DNA of 64,000 nucleotides, taken from Takakia lepidozioides (taxonomy: Eukaryota; Plantae; Bryophyta). The notes under the pieces were generated by a model. It had not been told where the DNA came from. It ran no database searches and saw only the letters and a list, made by a program, of their open reading frames with translations. Each line of letters opens with the position of its first letter. Within the stretch, counting starts at the first letter, position 1. Position numbers and translations under genes: made by a program. This document shows positions 48,801 through 63,060 of this stretch, piece after piece. The stretch lies in the NCBI GenBank assembly GCA_030704615.1, contig CM060731.1, forward strand, positions 59,768,001 to 59,832,000. The letters run 5' to 3'.

Positions 48801-50158
48801 AATATATTGTAGTATAGTATTCTAACCTTTGATGGAATATATTGGTGCAGTTGGTACAATGATAGGGGCAGCCTTGTTTGTTGTGGTTCTAGCATAATGG
48901 GGTAGATGTAAATAAAATCCATTTCTCGCAAGGACCATGATATGGGGCTGTCATAGGGACCATAGGGGGGCTGCCCTCATTGGGTGTGTAATTCTATCCT
49001 ATGGTTTGTAGTTCAAATTGAGTGTAGTGAGTATTATCTAGTATCAAACAAGCCTATAGAGTATCATTGCACAATTGGCCTTGGGATGGCTATAGATGAT
49101 GGTGACAAGGTGGATGTTTGAGAACATGGTGGAAAATAGTGGTATCATGGTTAGGAACTTTAAAAAGGCCAATGCTTTATTGGAGAGAGTGGACTGCCAA
49201 ATGGATCGACTTATAGACAAACTTTGATTTCCAGATCTAGTCTACTCAGATCAGAATCAGATGTGCCAGAAACATGACTTTGGCTTCTCTTTTCAATTTT
49301 TCTTCATAAATGGGTTGGCCAACATTTCGTGGGCAACTGTAGACTCGGTAAGCATTTTTTTCACTTGCACTTCATTGTCCTTCTTGCTTTGTAAATTCTG
49401 TTCATGATCTTCATCCGAATCTGGATCAGATTGAAAGTCTCTTTCAACCTCCACTCACATTTCTAGCTGTCGTAGCCAATGCATTTGTTTGATTACATCC
49501 TCAGCCACGTGAAACATGTCATTTTGTTTGAAATTGCCCAATAAAGTGTTGGCTTCTTGTTGCATATCATCCTATGTCTGCTTAGCCCATTCCATGTCAA
49601 AATTGTCATGATGAATTATTCATAAGTTATGTAGGCAAATGCATGTTGTGATAACATCTGGTAAGTGACAGCACAATGACATGTCCAATATTTTCAATCG
49701 AATTCTCCACCTCCTTTCTGTATTTCAAAAGCCCTCTCAATTGCCATTAAAGTACTGGATTGGATGAAATTCCAATAGGTTTTTTCTCGAGACAATCCAT
49801 TTTTCTCATCTTTAAAAGGTGAGTAAAACCATAGACACACTGAATATGTTGCATTTCCAAAGAGTTTATATGGCAAATATGCACATTTCATCGTCATCTT
49901 TCAAAATTTTGTTCTTCGGAAGAGAGCCCAGTCGTGACTACGACCAGCCCACCCAAAATCGTCCCAAAATTTACATTTTGCATCTTCCAACCTTTGCAAC
50001 AATGCTGAGTATAATCATTTACGACAATAGTATGAAACATGATCAATGCTAGGTGCTCTAATGGGAATACGACCCCTATCACATAAGGAATCCAATGTAA
50101 AGCTTTCTCCTATTATTGCTTTAATTCGATTTGCCATGGGTTTCTCAAATACTATAGG

Positions 50159-50740
50159 TGTCACGGACATAGCCCAGAAGAACTTATCAGGAGTAAATAC
50201 CAAAAATTACCAAATTACCATGTTATAAAAAATTACCATGATTTACCATGATCTACTATGATTTACCATTACTTACCAAGTTACCGGGAGTTTACCAAAT
50301 TACCAAGAATAACTTGAGAAACTACTCAGGAAGCTTCATTTGGAGGAAACTTCTCCATCAAGAAACCTTTGTTTAATCTTGGAGACTTCTCCAGCAAGAA
50401 ACCTCCATAGGGGAAGCTTCTTAGGGTCTTAGTAGCCAGTATATATAGGAGGCGAGACTGGACACTCTTCAGTCTCGCCAACACCAGTTCAAACTACTTT
50501 TGTTTCTAGTTCCCAGTATTTTAGCCCAGTTTCCAGTATCTGGTACTCCAGTCCAGTTTCCAGCATTCCAGTATTCAAGTCGTGTTCCAATATCTTGTAC
50601 TCTTGTTCATTGTTATAAAGATCGTCTTGATTCCTATTTACTCATCGTGCATTCGGCCACGCCGACCGTGACTTCTTGTCTAGCATTGTACCTCTAGTTT
50701 TATCTCTTGTTTGTGTTCAGTCATGTTCTCGTCCTTAACA
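50159..50740 (+). repeat. 5' LTR of the chromovirus
   Basis: Direct repeat of 55910-56525. The downstream TTGGCGAGACT is complementary to AGTCTCGCCAA (50471-50481) just after a TATA box. Confidence 0.95.
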
Positions 50741-53700
50741 GTTTGGCGAGACTAAAGTTTGTTCTTTAGTTAGTTAAGATGAAAGGCACATTTGCGGAAA
50801 TGGTCACCACATTGCAGAGTTTTCAGCTCCAGATGCAAGAACTTCATACATCTACCGCCCAATTGCAAGCTGATCAGTCTCAAGATCTTGACAACGCTCT
50901 CCACAATTTGCAACAACAAATTTCAGAGTTAAATGAGTCGAACAATGGATCTTCAACCATACGAGTCCCTACTGCAACAGCTCCTACAACAACGGTTCAT
51001 CTTCAACAGATTACGTGATAACCAAAGATCAGCATGCCCGAGAAATTTGATGGGACGAGATCAAGATTTCGCGGTTTTGTTCAACAAGTACAACTATTCC
51101 TACGACTACATCCACAACGCTATCCCGATGAAGGTATTCAAGTGGGATTCGTGGGCTCCCTTCTATCAGACACTGCCTTATCTTGGTTTGCACCGCTATT
51201 AGAAAAAAATTCGCATTTACTATAAAATTTTGAAGCATTCATGTCCGAGTTCACTGCAACGTTTGGAGAGAATGATAGAGAGAGAGTTGCAGAAACAAAG
51301 ATGCGAAATCTTCGACAAGGAGCACGTTCTGCTTCTGTTTATGCTGCCGAATTTCGACAATTTGCGTGCGACCTCGACTGGAATGAGAAGAGTCTCATTA
51401 GTCAGTTTCGATGTGGACTAAAAGATGATGTAAAAGATTTGTTGTTGACAATGCCAAACGTGAGCACACTGAGTGAATTCCTCACCCAAATCATTGCATG
51501 CGATAATCGTTTGTTCGAAATACGTCAAGAGAAACGATCTGGATGGTCGACGACGCATCATGCCACTGCTACTACAACACCAAATACAACGATCCATCAG
51601 ACATCCAATAGTGATCATATGCAGATTGATGCTGTCCGATTTAAGCCATTAACGCCATAAGAAAAACAAAGACAGCGCTCGAATGGATTATGCCTCTATT
51701 GCGGAGAAGAAGATCACATAGCATTAAACTGTCCCAATAAGAGAAGATTCAAAACTCAGGGTACAACTCAAGTGTTCGATACGAGGAGGTCGGAAAACGA
51801 AGATGTCCAGTTACAGTAGGGACCATGCGGCTGGACACCACAAATTCCTTATCGAAAAAATGTCTCTTTCTATCTCCAGACCCTGCACCTTGCTTCACAG
51901 TTCCAGTAAAAATCAGAGTGCAAAATCGAGATATCGCTGTAGAAGCACTTTTAGACTCAGGAGCTTCAGCTTGTTTTATGGACAAAAACTTTGCGAAACA
52001 ACACAATTTAACGCTCGTAAAGAAGAAACTTTTTGCCCCCGTTGAAGTCATCGATGGACGACCATTAGCATCAGGAAATGTGGACCATGAAACTCGACCA
52101 CTTGAAGAGATCAAGCATCACATATTGTTTTCAATGTCATCTGGTCTCCAACAAATCCTGTGATCCTTGGACTTCCCTGGTTCGTACTTCACAATCCCGA
52201 CATCGACTGGCGATCGCGAAAAATTTCTGCAAGACAAAAATGTAGAAATATCAAAGGTATTCAACCCCTATTCCTTGGAGCTAGAGCTTTCATGAAAGCT
52301 ACAAAAAAGGAGGCGACATTTGCACTTTATGCGACTCCGATCAAGACCACAACAGACAAAGGTACTTCAACATTACCCGCTCAATATCAAGATTTCAAAG
52401 ATGTCTTCAAGAAGAAAAATGCAGACATGTTGCCAGAACATCGACCTTATGACTGTGCAATTGAGTTACAAGAAGGAGCCCAACCACCATTCGACCCAAT
52501 CTATAACTTATCCCAGACGGAGTTGGCTGCATTACGTGAATACATTGATGAAAATTTGTCGAAACACTTCATCTGACATTCAAAATCACCCGCGGGGGCG
52601 CCTATCTTGTTTGTAAAAAATAAGGACGGATCATTACGCATGTGTGTCGACTATCGCGGTGTCAACAAAGTCACAATCAAGAATCGTTATCCGTTGCCAC
52701 TGATTTATGGGCTTCTCGACCAGCTGGGACGAGCGAAGATTTTCACCAAAATCGACTTGAGAGGAGCCTATAACCTTGTACGGATAAAAGAATAAGACGA
52801 ATGGAAAACAACTTTTTGAACAAGGTATGGACATTTTGAATACAATGTTATGTATTTCGGTCTTACCAATGCTCCAGCAATTTTCTAACATATGATGAAT
52901 GACATCTTTCGAGAATTTTTAGATGACTTTGTAGTCATCTATTTGGACGACATTTTGATATTTTCACAGAATGAAGAAGAACATGGCCGCCATTACGCCT
53001 TGTCCTTGATAAATTAAGAGAAATATGACTATATACCAAGTTGGAGAAATGTCTTTTCCATCAATCTGAGGTTGAATTTCTGGGCTACATTATTTCCGAC
53101 AAAAACGTCTTTATGGATCAGAAGAAAATACAAACCATCATCGAGTGGATTAAACCAACTTCGGTCTGAGATGTATAATGTTTTCTGGGCTTTGCAAATT
53201 TCTATAGAATCTTCATCAATGACTACTCCAAAATTGCTGCATCGTTGACACGACTCACATGGAAGGACAAATTTGTATGGGACGAGAAGGCTGACCATGC
53301 ATTTGAAAGGCTGAAGCAGACATTTACAACGGCTCTAATACTGGTACATGCAGACCCATCTAAACCATGCTTCTTAGAAGCAGATGCATCGGACTTTGCA
53401 CTTGGCGTAGTACTCTCGCAATACGGTACAGATGGCCGACTCCATCCTGTTGGTTTTCGTTCTCGCAAATTTTTCGTTGTGGAGATCAATTATAAAATCC
53501 ATGACAAAGAACTTCTAGCGATTATCGATGCTTTTGAGGAGTGAAGACATCTATTGGAGGGAGCTAAACATCAGGTCACTGTCTATACCGATCACAAAAA
53601 CCTCGAATATTTTTATGAGTGCTCGTGTTTTGAATCGACGTCAAGCGAGATGAAGTATGTCACTAGCAAGGTTTGATTTTGTTATTACCTACCGTCCCGG

Positions 53701-55909
53701 ACATCTTCAAGGAAAACCAGATGCTCTTTTTCGACGATCGTATCTTGCGCCAAAAGAAGGGGATGCAGTTTTTGACCAACAAAAATCCATTTTCTTGAAA
53801 CTAGCAAATCTCCAATTGAGTATGCTATCCATGTCCACCTATGACGATGCAGAGATCATAAAGGAGATTCAGGAAGCACTGAAGAGCGACCATTTTGCTG
53901 ACATTACGAAGTCAACTAAATCAACCTCGAGACAACCCACATGTTACAAACGACTTCGAATTCAAAGATGACTTACTTTACTTCAAGAGACTTCTCTGTG
54001 TACCTCCAGGACCTACACGACTTCGAATTCTTCAAACATATCATGATCTTCCGGCTGCAGGACATTTCGACTTCAACAAAACATTGGAGTTGATATCCAG
54101 GAACTATTGGTGGCCGCAGATGTAGAAACTCGTGAAAGAATTCATAAAATCTTGTGACACGTGTGCTAGAGCGAAGGGACCATGACATCAACTTTACGGC
54201 CTTCTTCAACCATTATCCATTCCCGAGGGTCCATGGTCATTCGTGTCTATGGACTTTATTACGGACCTTCCAATTTCCAAGACCACCGATTCAATCCTTG
54301 TTATTGTAGATCGTTTTACGAAGATGAAACATTTCATTCCATGTAATAAGACGGTTACCGGTGAGGAAACTGCAAGACTCTTCCTCAATAATATCTACCG
54401 CATTCATGGACTCCCAAAGGACATCGTATCTGATCGAGGACCACAGTTCATATCAAATTTCTGGAGGGGATTATTTCAAATATTTTATACTAAGATCAAC
54501 CTCTCTACAGCTAATCACCACAGATTGATGGTCAAACCAAACGTGTAAACCAAATTTGGGAGCAGTATCTTCGCTGTATGATAAATTATCACCAAGATAA
54601 TTGGACGGACCTTCTGCCATTAGCTGAGTTTGCCTACAACAACACTATACATTCTTCGACCAAACAAACTTCATTTTTCTCCAATTATGGTCATCATCCT
54701 CGAGCAAACCCTTTCCACATGAAGACTGTTGGAAGCCTTGCTGCAGAAAACCTTGCTACTCTTCTTGCTATGATTCACAAAAAGCTTGCATCCCACCTCG
54801 CAGAAGCTAAAAAACAATACAAGGAGTATGCAGATCAACGTCGCCAACTCCAACCCCAGTTCAAGGTCGGAGATTGTGTGTGGCTTTTTCGACGAGACAT
54901 ACAAACCTCGCGACCATCAAGGAAGTTGGATTATCAACGCCTGGGACCATTCAAAATTATTCGACAAATAAATCCGGTCAGTTTTCGGCTTGAATTCCCA
55001 CGAAGTATGCGCATCCATCCAGTCTTTCATGTTTCATTATTGGAGTTGTATCATCCATCGAATATTCCATGGAGAGTCGCCGTACCACCTTCACCAGTCG
55101 AAGTCAATCAAGAACTTGAGTATGAAGTCGACGAAGTCCTAGACTCTCGCATCAAGTATAAATGTCTCGAGTATTTCGTACATTGGAAAGACTACGACAT
55201 CAGCGAACGAACGTGAGAACCTTCATCCAACCTTGCCAATGCATCTGACAAAGTCTAAGAGTTTCATCAACGATATCCAGCTAAGCCTAGAGCTACACGT
55301 CAATAAGACGTCACAACGATGATGTCAATCAAGTTAGCTTCAAGGTGAAGACTCCACATTCAATGTACCTGATACATGCTAAGGAGGGAGGAGCACCACA
55401 CATCAGTATATATAGCTACACTTCCAGCACTCTTGCATCTTGTATTGGCAGCATGGAGTCACAGGAACCAGATACATTGGAGTTGTCGCTTACCCAGCTA
55501 CCAGATGAGCCATTCCGACTCTCACGACCTTCAACATCACGTCGACGCTCTCAAGACGATCGGCCACCAATGCGACGCGTACTTCCTTGTCTGAACCCCA
55601 TACGACGACAAGTGGAACCTACTCGAAGTTTGATAATTTTGTTGGAGGTTGAGGCTTCGAACCCAGAGGACAACGAAATCATGTTTAAAGGCAGTTTCGA
55701 AAATCAGAATGCTCAAATCACTACGTGGTCCCAAGTTTAAGGTGCTGGACACTATCGATGGTTGCATGGACCTATAAATCATTTGAGTCAAGAACGAAGA
55801 GCCAAATACTTGGCAAGTACCATTCGCCGGATTTTGGATTTTCTCCAACTCTAAGCAAGTCCAAGATTTTACCGCTCCTCGAGGAACTCGGCGCTAGAGG
55901 ATGGGGTGA

Positions 55910-56525
55910 TGTCACAGACATAGCCCATAAAAACTTACCAGGAATAAATACCAGAAGTTACCAAGTTACCATGTTACCAAAAGGTACCATGACTTACCAT
56001 GACTTACCATGATTTATCATTACTTACCAAGTTACCGGGAGTTTATCAAATTACCAAGAGTAACTTGGGAAACTACTCAAGAAGCTTCATTTGGAGGAAA
56101 CTTCTCCATCAAGATACCTCCTTTGTTTAAGAAGCTTCTCCATCAATAAACCTTTGTTTAATGTTGGAAACTTCTCCAGCAAGAAACCTCCATAGGGGAA
56201 GCTTCCTAGGGAAGCTTCTTAGTAGCAAGTATATATAGGAGGCGAGACTGGACACTCTTCAGTCTCGCCAACACCAGTTCAAGCTACTTTTGTTTCCAGT
56301 TCCCAATACTCTAGCCCAGTTTCCAGTATCTGGTACTCCAGTCCAGTTTCCAACAATCCAGTATTCAAGTCGTGTTTTAATATCTTGTACTCTTGTTCAT
56401 TGTTATAAAGATCGTCTTGATTCCTATTTACTCATCATGCATTCGGCCACGCCGACCTTGACTTCTTGTCTAGCATTGTACCTCTAGTTTTATCTCTTTG
56501 TTCAGTCATGTTCTCGTCCTTGACA
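55910..56525 (+). repeat. 3' LTR of the chromovirus
   Basis: Preceded by the PPT and ends CCTTGACA. Confidence 0.95.
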
Positions 56526-57344
56526 ACAGGTTTCAGTGTTTTCTAATTGATGCATAGAAGTCTATCACGATTAAAGAGATGTTGTGTTTTCTCCAACCCC
56601 ATAACGTTCATCACACGTTTCTAATTTGTTACCACTTCCCAATCTTAAAAGACCAAGATCAACCTAGAGATGCTATTCCTCATTTGTGTATTAGCCCGTG
56701 CTAATGAGGGAGCCACGATTACACACAAATATTGAAAAGTTTTTGAACTTAACCTCATTCTTTATCAAAACATCCTCTCTGGAAAAGAACCCATGAATTG
56801 TCTCTCAAGAAAACCGTCGAGTCTCTCATACTTTCATAGTGATCTATCCCAGGGACCTCTTTTTGCTTCTATGAATAGCCATCATCATCATTGAATCATA
56901 CTGTTAATGCAATACGTTGCTGCAATGCCAAAATTCCGCTTATCACATGATGAACTGCCATGAAAAGTACTCTAGAACAAGAATTTAATGTTTACGTTTA
57001 TCCATATTGATGAAGAGCTCAAGGCCAGCTGAAGAAGAATAAGATTTGAGATGAGGGCGTAAGGAGGTTAAGATGGAGCGTAAGAATGTCAAGCCTAGAA
57101 TATAGGGTTGATGGTTCTTGGGCCGTAGAGTTGGGCCCAATGGCTTTACACACATCCATTTTGGGCCCAATAAACATATTTTTTTAATTAGTGAAGTTGG
57201 TCCAAGACTAGCCCAAAAGTGGTAGAAATTGGGCCCAGGATTTCTTGGGCTTGGGCCCTAGTGTCAAGCGGCCCTTGATGTACGCATGCGATTTGACAGT
57301 ACTTTTGTCAAATTCGGTACATTGACTCCTATGGCGGGCCCCCG

Positions 57345-58820
57345 GTTAAATCCTCCATAGCCCCTCTTACCTCGGAGTCACCATTAAATATTAGAATATG
57401 TTGGAGGCAATCAAGCAGCGGTGAGTAGCCTATTGATAAGGTGGTGGCAATGCAAACGACAAAGTGTTGGGTTTTATTCTTGGTCGGTGACTAGTGTAAC
57501 CCCGACCAATGTAACCCCTAGTTTGTGTAACCCTTGGTAATGTCATCCTATGTCTTTTCTTAGCACATTTTATACTTTGTCCAATTTTTGAGAGCAAGTG
57601 TGAATTATACTCCCTTCCACATAACCCGGCATAACCTCGAGTGGAGTTTACACCTGGAGTTATACTCCCTTCAATTGCATGTCATTCTCTAGAGGGGTGA
57701 AGAAGAGTTGGCATATTGGAAACTAGCATACTTTTGTGTTAGAGATCGCATGTGTGCATTAAGTTCTTACACTATTCCGTCTTCTCCCCCCAAATGAGCA
57801 TATATATATATAGATGACGCTTCCAGAAGAAAGCATAACTTATGGTGTCTCTTGATCCCGAGCTTATATATATATATATGTCCCCATAATGTTTGATTTT
57901 TTTTTTGAAATGATGACATAAATACTAAGGGCCATTTTAGACTACGGATCAAGACCAAGACACCTCCGGACCGATATGTTGCAAATTGTATGAGAATTGG
58001 TCCCTAGATGCATATTAAACTATCAATACCATAGGGATCAAAGCAGGTGTGTGTAAAGGCCTTGGGACCAAGACCAAGAAAACTTAAAATGAGGTGTATC
58101 ATCTTCCATCATATTCATCTTTCCCACTCAACATTCAAAGATTGATGCTAATGAATGGTCATGATCATTCGAAAAAAAAATCATATTGTAATGTTCCTTT
58201 ACTTGGCCCAAGGTCCAAAGAAGTCTAAAGCAGCCTCTGATGGCCTCACAATAAATTTTCATCTTCAAATGTGAGAACACTAGGAATAATGTAATAACTT
58301 AATGCACTCGTGCAATCTCTGATAGGATGGTACGCCGATTTCTGGCATGTCAATCTTCCTCACTCTTGAGTCTTCTCTCAAGAGTGACATGGAACTGAAG
58401 GGAGTGTAACTCTATTCAAGATGACACTTGGTTACATGGGAGGCACTATAAACTCCACTCGGGGTTATACGACGCGGAGTGTAACTCCACTTGGGGTTAC
58501 TTACACTGCAGAGGAATATAACTTCACTTTGGGTTACATGGAAATGAGTGTAAATGTACTTGGTGGAACTCATGAAATTGGACTCGGTCCAAATTTGGCT
58601 TAACTATAAAATGGACGATGAAGAGTTACACAAGGGTGACACTATCTAGAGTTACAAACCCGGGGCACAGTAGCTGGAGCAAGGTTACACTACTAGCCAC
58701 CCCTTAAGATATGGAAACGGGCACTATGCTATGCTGCCATCAACCAGCAGGCTACCCCACCGCTAGACGACCTCATGCATTCTAATGTATTTAACAGTGA
58801 AAGGGGGGGTGGGAAGGATT
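57345..58820. mobile_element. Degenerate fold-back/MITE-like element with ~400-bp imperfect inverted arms
   Basis: For example, GGAGTTATACTCCCTTCAATTGCATGTCATTCT (~57656) pairs with AGAGTGACATGGAACTGAAGGGAGTGTAACTCT (~58381). GTAACCC/GGTTAC motifs. Confidence 0.55.
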
Positions 58821-59379
58821 GACAAGGGGCTGGCTGGAGGAGCCCACACTGCCGTCAGATCGAGAGCGTGCATTAAATTCTTACATTAGTATTATTTTGT
58901 TTTTTTTGTTTTTTTTTTATTGAAGAAAGGGGAGGAAGCCCTTGAGAGCTTTATTACAATTATTGAAGGGAAAAAAATGACCTTATAGGCCCGTAGGCCT
59001 CCATGAGGCCCACCTCACGGTGAACCGTGACAGATAATCCAAAGAGCAATGATGGTAGACCATTGAGACATTATTCCTAATTTTTCCCTTAATTCATATT
59101 TAAAAGCTTCCTCTCCTTTTATTTTATCAAATAGTACTAATATATGTATATATATGTATATGTTTGAAAAGGAAACCTGGGAGTGACAGCCCACATATAA
59201 TTTTTTTAAAGAAAATTTAAAGGGGTGCGATGCCCCCTGCAAAGTTTATTTTATACGAGGAAAAAAATTAAAATTAAAATTTATTTATGGAAATCCTAAG
59301 AGAACTGAAAGGATCTGGAAAAAGCTTTCAACTGCCATACAAGTATTATAATCCTTTGCTACACTAGATAGAATACATA

Positions 59380-59608
59380 TGTATGGAAATACCCGGGAGT
59401 GACAGCTCACAAATCAGGCCCCTTAATTGAGGTGAGAGGAGAGGAGAAAATAACCTCTCTCATAGTAACCTAGCCAACCGAGCACAAGGCTCTAGGGACA
59501 CCACCCAAGGGAAGGGGGAGAAGAATATACCACACCCCACATGGTAGCAGGATTAGAGCCCAGAGTCACCTGGGTACTTAGTGCTCTATCCAACTGAGCT
59601 ACCGGCTG
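59380..59608 (-). mobile_element. tRNA-derived SINE-like repeat
   Basis: The minus strand begins GCCGGTAGCTCAGTTGGATAGAGCAC...GGGCTCTAATCC (A and B boxes), and the body is shared with 35868-36085. Confidence 0.65.
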
Positions 59609-59796
59609 GAGGTAGAAAATGTTTCTGGAATTTTTCCCTAGTAGGTGTGGTTGGGAAGGCATGTCAAGCAAAGGTGGGTCCATATGAATGTTAGGATGAT
59701 GAGGGCTTGAAAAGTGCAAGAATGGTTGCACTTTGTACGTCTTTGGCTGATTTTCTCTTGTGGGTCCAAAACTAACTCAAGGAAGTGGTAGACGAC

Positions 59797-60991
59797 TAGG
59801 GAATTCCGAAAAGGCCTTGATGTGAAATGCATCGCAATTCACTTGATCACCCCCTAAAAGTGCGCAATTCAATTGAATTGCAAGGGCAATTCAATTGAAC
59901 TAACCCTAATTTGCAATTCAATTGAATTGTCGGCACACGATTCAATTGAATTGCTGACTACAATTCAATTGAATTGTAATCTATAATTTTTAACTTATTT
60001 TTGTATATAATATATATGTACATGTATATATTCAAATTATATTTATACACATATAAGAGTATAAGCTAAAAATACATGTTGTCCGTCTATTCTTGCTGGC
60101 CCTCTTTCTTGTGCCCTTGAGGAAATTGTGGAGTTGTGAAACCACCCTCAGCCTCAGCGAGAAAGGGAGAGCCAGAGACGGAGATAGATTAGCAGCTTCC
60201 TATGATTCACTGGCAAAAGAAACATGGCTGGCTCCGAAAAAAAACAGACAAAATCAAACCTGTCAATTGATGAAAGGCTTCCCCTGCATCACTATGTAGT
60301 CCCCTAACACTAGTATCTGGCCCAGGACAAAGAAAACAAAAAGTATGTTATCTCGAGAATTATCAAAAATTTGGATACCCTTACAAAGGTATCATGTTGA
60401 AGTTGGGATGTGTGTTCTATATAAGTTTAATATATCAAACTCTTACACGTTGATACTCTTACATTGGTATCATGTTTGGTATATGTACATAGCCATATAC
60501 TACTCTTACATTGGTATCATGTTTGGTATATGTACATAGCCATATACTGGCACCAACATCCACAAAGAGAGACAATCCCGCTTTTACAAGCACTTCGTGA
60601 CTTCCCCTCTCTCTCTCTCCCTCTCTCGCTCTCCCTTAGGCTTACCACGGGCAAAGGATTGACAAACGGACAGCAAGAATAGTCAGGCAACATGTACTTT
60701 TAGCTTATACCTGTGTATATGTATAATTTAAATATATACATATATATTATATACAGAAATAAGTTAAAAATTATAGATTACAATTCAATTGAATTGTAGT
60801 TAGCAATTCAATTGAATTGCGAGTTGACAATTCGTAATTCAATTGAATCGTGTGCCGACAATTCAATTGAATTGCAAATTAGGGTTAGTTCAATTGAATT
60901 GCCCTTGCAATTCAATTGAATTGCGCACTTTTAGGGGGTGATCAAGTGAATTGCGATGCATTTCACATCAAGGCCTTTTTGGAATTCCCTA
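59797..60991. mobile_element. hAT-like MITE with ~280-bp near-perfect TIRs
   Basis: TAGGGAATTCC...GGAATTCCCTA, with 8-bp flanks TAGACGAC/GACACGAC (6/8). Repeated palindrome CAATTCAATTGAATTG, and an internal ~47-bp duplication at 60454-60547. Confidence 0.88.
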
Positions 60992-63060
60992 GACACGACA
61001 CGGAATGATGGGTGGATGGGATTGCATCATTGGCTCTGCCTACCCAGTATCAATGGGGGGTTGGGTGGGTCTATGTGCAAAAAGTAGTTGGCTGTTTTGT
61101 GGCTCCAAGCAGAGGCCATCAATGAATGCTCAATCTTCCATACAATCTCTCTCATGGTTGCAGAGGAAGGGTAGGTAAATGTAGTTGGCGGAGAGAAGGC
61201 ATCAGTCTGGGACGCCGCCACAAGGGAGGAAGGAACGTGGAACCAACTCGGGATATGAAAGTCAAACTTACCAAAGCACGAGTACGCTGCTTGAGCTTTA
61301 ATTAACCTTCCCCAGGATTCCTCTCTCGTGTCGGCTTTGACTGTGTAGCATCGCTACTGACATCTTTGTTTGCACTTCAAGTTGGCTGCCATCTTTAGCG
61401 TTCCTTCACCAAATTTACCCTCACAGGACATATAGTTGCGGTCGATCGATGGTTTCATCACAACTGCCAGTGTCTTGATCCTGCACAGACCGATACCTGT
61501 AAAGATCATATTTCGCATACTTATACAATAAAATTCTACATCATGTGATCCGTGGAATGCCACATACTTCCAGTGGGAGAGATCACCCCGACGGACCCAG
61601 AGTCGATGTCACATTCCTAGATCACAAAAATTTCTCGAAGAATGGCAGCTTTTCCCAGCAACTAAGTGCACCTTTATATTTTAGCTCAATCGCAACTTGT
61701 GGAAAGACACTGATGCCGAGGGGAAGACATAATAGTCGGTGATCACTTCCCAACCACCAACATCCGGAAGCTTGGATTTGGTGATGCGCAGATGCAGTAG
61801 GTATGTCATCTGGTAACCGCAGCCGACAGAACCCACAACGGGTGTGATTCACTGTGCGGCAATATATCATTCTGTGTCAGTACTCAACAGAGTTGACAGT
61901 CCTTTCGGAGCTGGACACCTTTTTCTTCCTTCTTGGACTAAGTTATTATCTTTCTAAATTCTGATCTGAGAATTTTTAGGCTGAGATTAGAAAGACACAC
62001 CCTCCTAACTTTCATTGTACGATAGCAGTCAATGAGGCCTCTCTTACTAGGACTTACTTTGGTCTAACGACATATTTCATTAGCAAGAGCCCAAAATTCA
62101 GGGCGTTATATACGGACTTATTATCCTCCTTGTTGTCATCATCTTCATCAATTACGAGCTCCTTCCTTGCCAGCGTCGCAGCCTGGTGGCATTATCGTAC
62201 ATGCTGCCCCTTAGTCAGCACAAATAATTTTGCAGAGATCACCCCGACTCGCTGCATTAATATAGACATTGTAATAACGTTGGGCATAGTTTGGCTTGTT
62301 TCTCGCGTATGAGAATTGTTATTAGAAGGATAGGAGAAGAACCCCAGTATTCTGAGTTGTCGCTTCTCTTACCAAAGACCAAATTGACTGGAGTCAGACA
62401 TTCGACCTCGTTTGTCAAGCACTGGAATGCGCCTTGGGTGAGGAGATCTGGGTGCTGGTCGAATGATTGGCCATCTTATGAATCGGATGTCGCAAACATA
62501 GGTCTGAAAATAGTGTGATAAGAACAGACTAGAGAGATTCAAACAGGGATGCGGGCCCTCGGGCACACCCTCGGAGTGGGATGAGTGTTTGGCGTCCGAT
62601 GATAGACTACCCAGACTCGTGTGGGGCCCTCAGAGCTGCTGAGCTGAACCATCAACACTTCCGCTTGAGCTGCTTTGCCCTTTCACAAGATAGTCTGCAG
62701 TCTGCACCGGTCGGGTATTACCCGCGCACGAGCGAGCTCGTGTGGAGAACCCAGAATACCGGCTGAGTGGGAATAAGTCAAATCACGATGCGGCAGCCGG
62801 TGGTGGTGATGCCTAGTCACCGCCCACAATCAACCCAGGAGAAAAAATCGAGCAGTTTTCCCAACGTGTGAGATATCATGCCTTTGCATTTTCTGGGCAA
62901 TCTCGCTTCTTCTTCCTGCACAGAGCTGGACATGCCTTTCACGTGAAGAGACCTGGCTGGGGCAGAATTTGTTCACGGACATCATAGAATGCTGTGGAGC
63001 TCTTTGTTAGCAGCTGCCGGAGCACTGGGGCTCTTCAGGCCTTGATGCAGCTGGGTTACT

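Larger units (their letters stand above)
50159..56525 (+). mobile_element. Tcn1/Tf1-sushi-like Ty3/Gypsy chromovirus, degenerate
   Basis: LTRs 50159-50740 and 55910-56525 (TG...CA), TSD ATAGG/ACAGG and PPT AGAGGATGGGG. Gag MPEKFDGTRS, CLYCGEEDHIALNC, PR LLDSGAS, RT YLDD, IN SMDFITDLP...SDRGPQF, and chromodomain YEVDEVLDSR...YFVHWKDY. Confidence 0.95.
49300..57000 (-). pseudogene. Harbinger DDE_Tnp_4 transposase relic (pieces at 56526-57000 and 49300-50158)
   Basis: Coding similarity continues across the LTR insertion (ASIRKH*...PIVFEKP). Also IPIRAPSIDHVSYYCRK and FYSPFK...IERAF. Confidence 0.8.
47205..57274. mobile_element. PIF/Harbinger transposon (Myb-like gene on +, transposase on -) interrupted by a chromovirus
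   Basis: TIR GGCCGCTTTACACTAGGCCCAAAGCCCAAG with its near reverse complement at 57244-57274, and flanks TTA/TTG. Myb/SANT-like exon WTDADVEVLIALHGEMEPEFCKN (~47700-47780). Transposase motif WNFIQSSTLMAIERAF (49694-49897). Confidence 0.85.

Noticed and set aside
59560-59608. tRNA gene
   Set aside because: Only the A/B-box-like parts are present, there is no full cloverleaf, and it continues into a dispersed repeat body.
61000-62770. Possible highly decayed L1-type LINE on the minus strand (ETID-like and YWG/GG-like traces)
   Set aside because: The motifs are too eroded to support by eye. TBLASTN against LINE ORF2 would decide.
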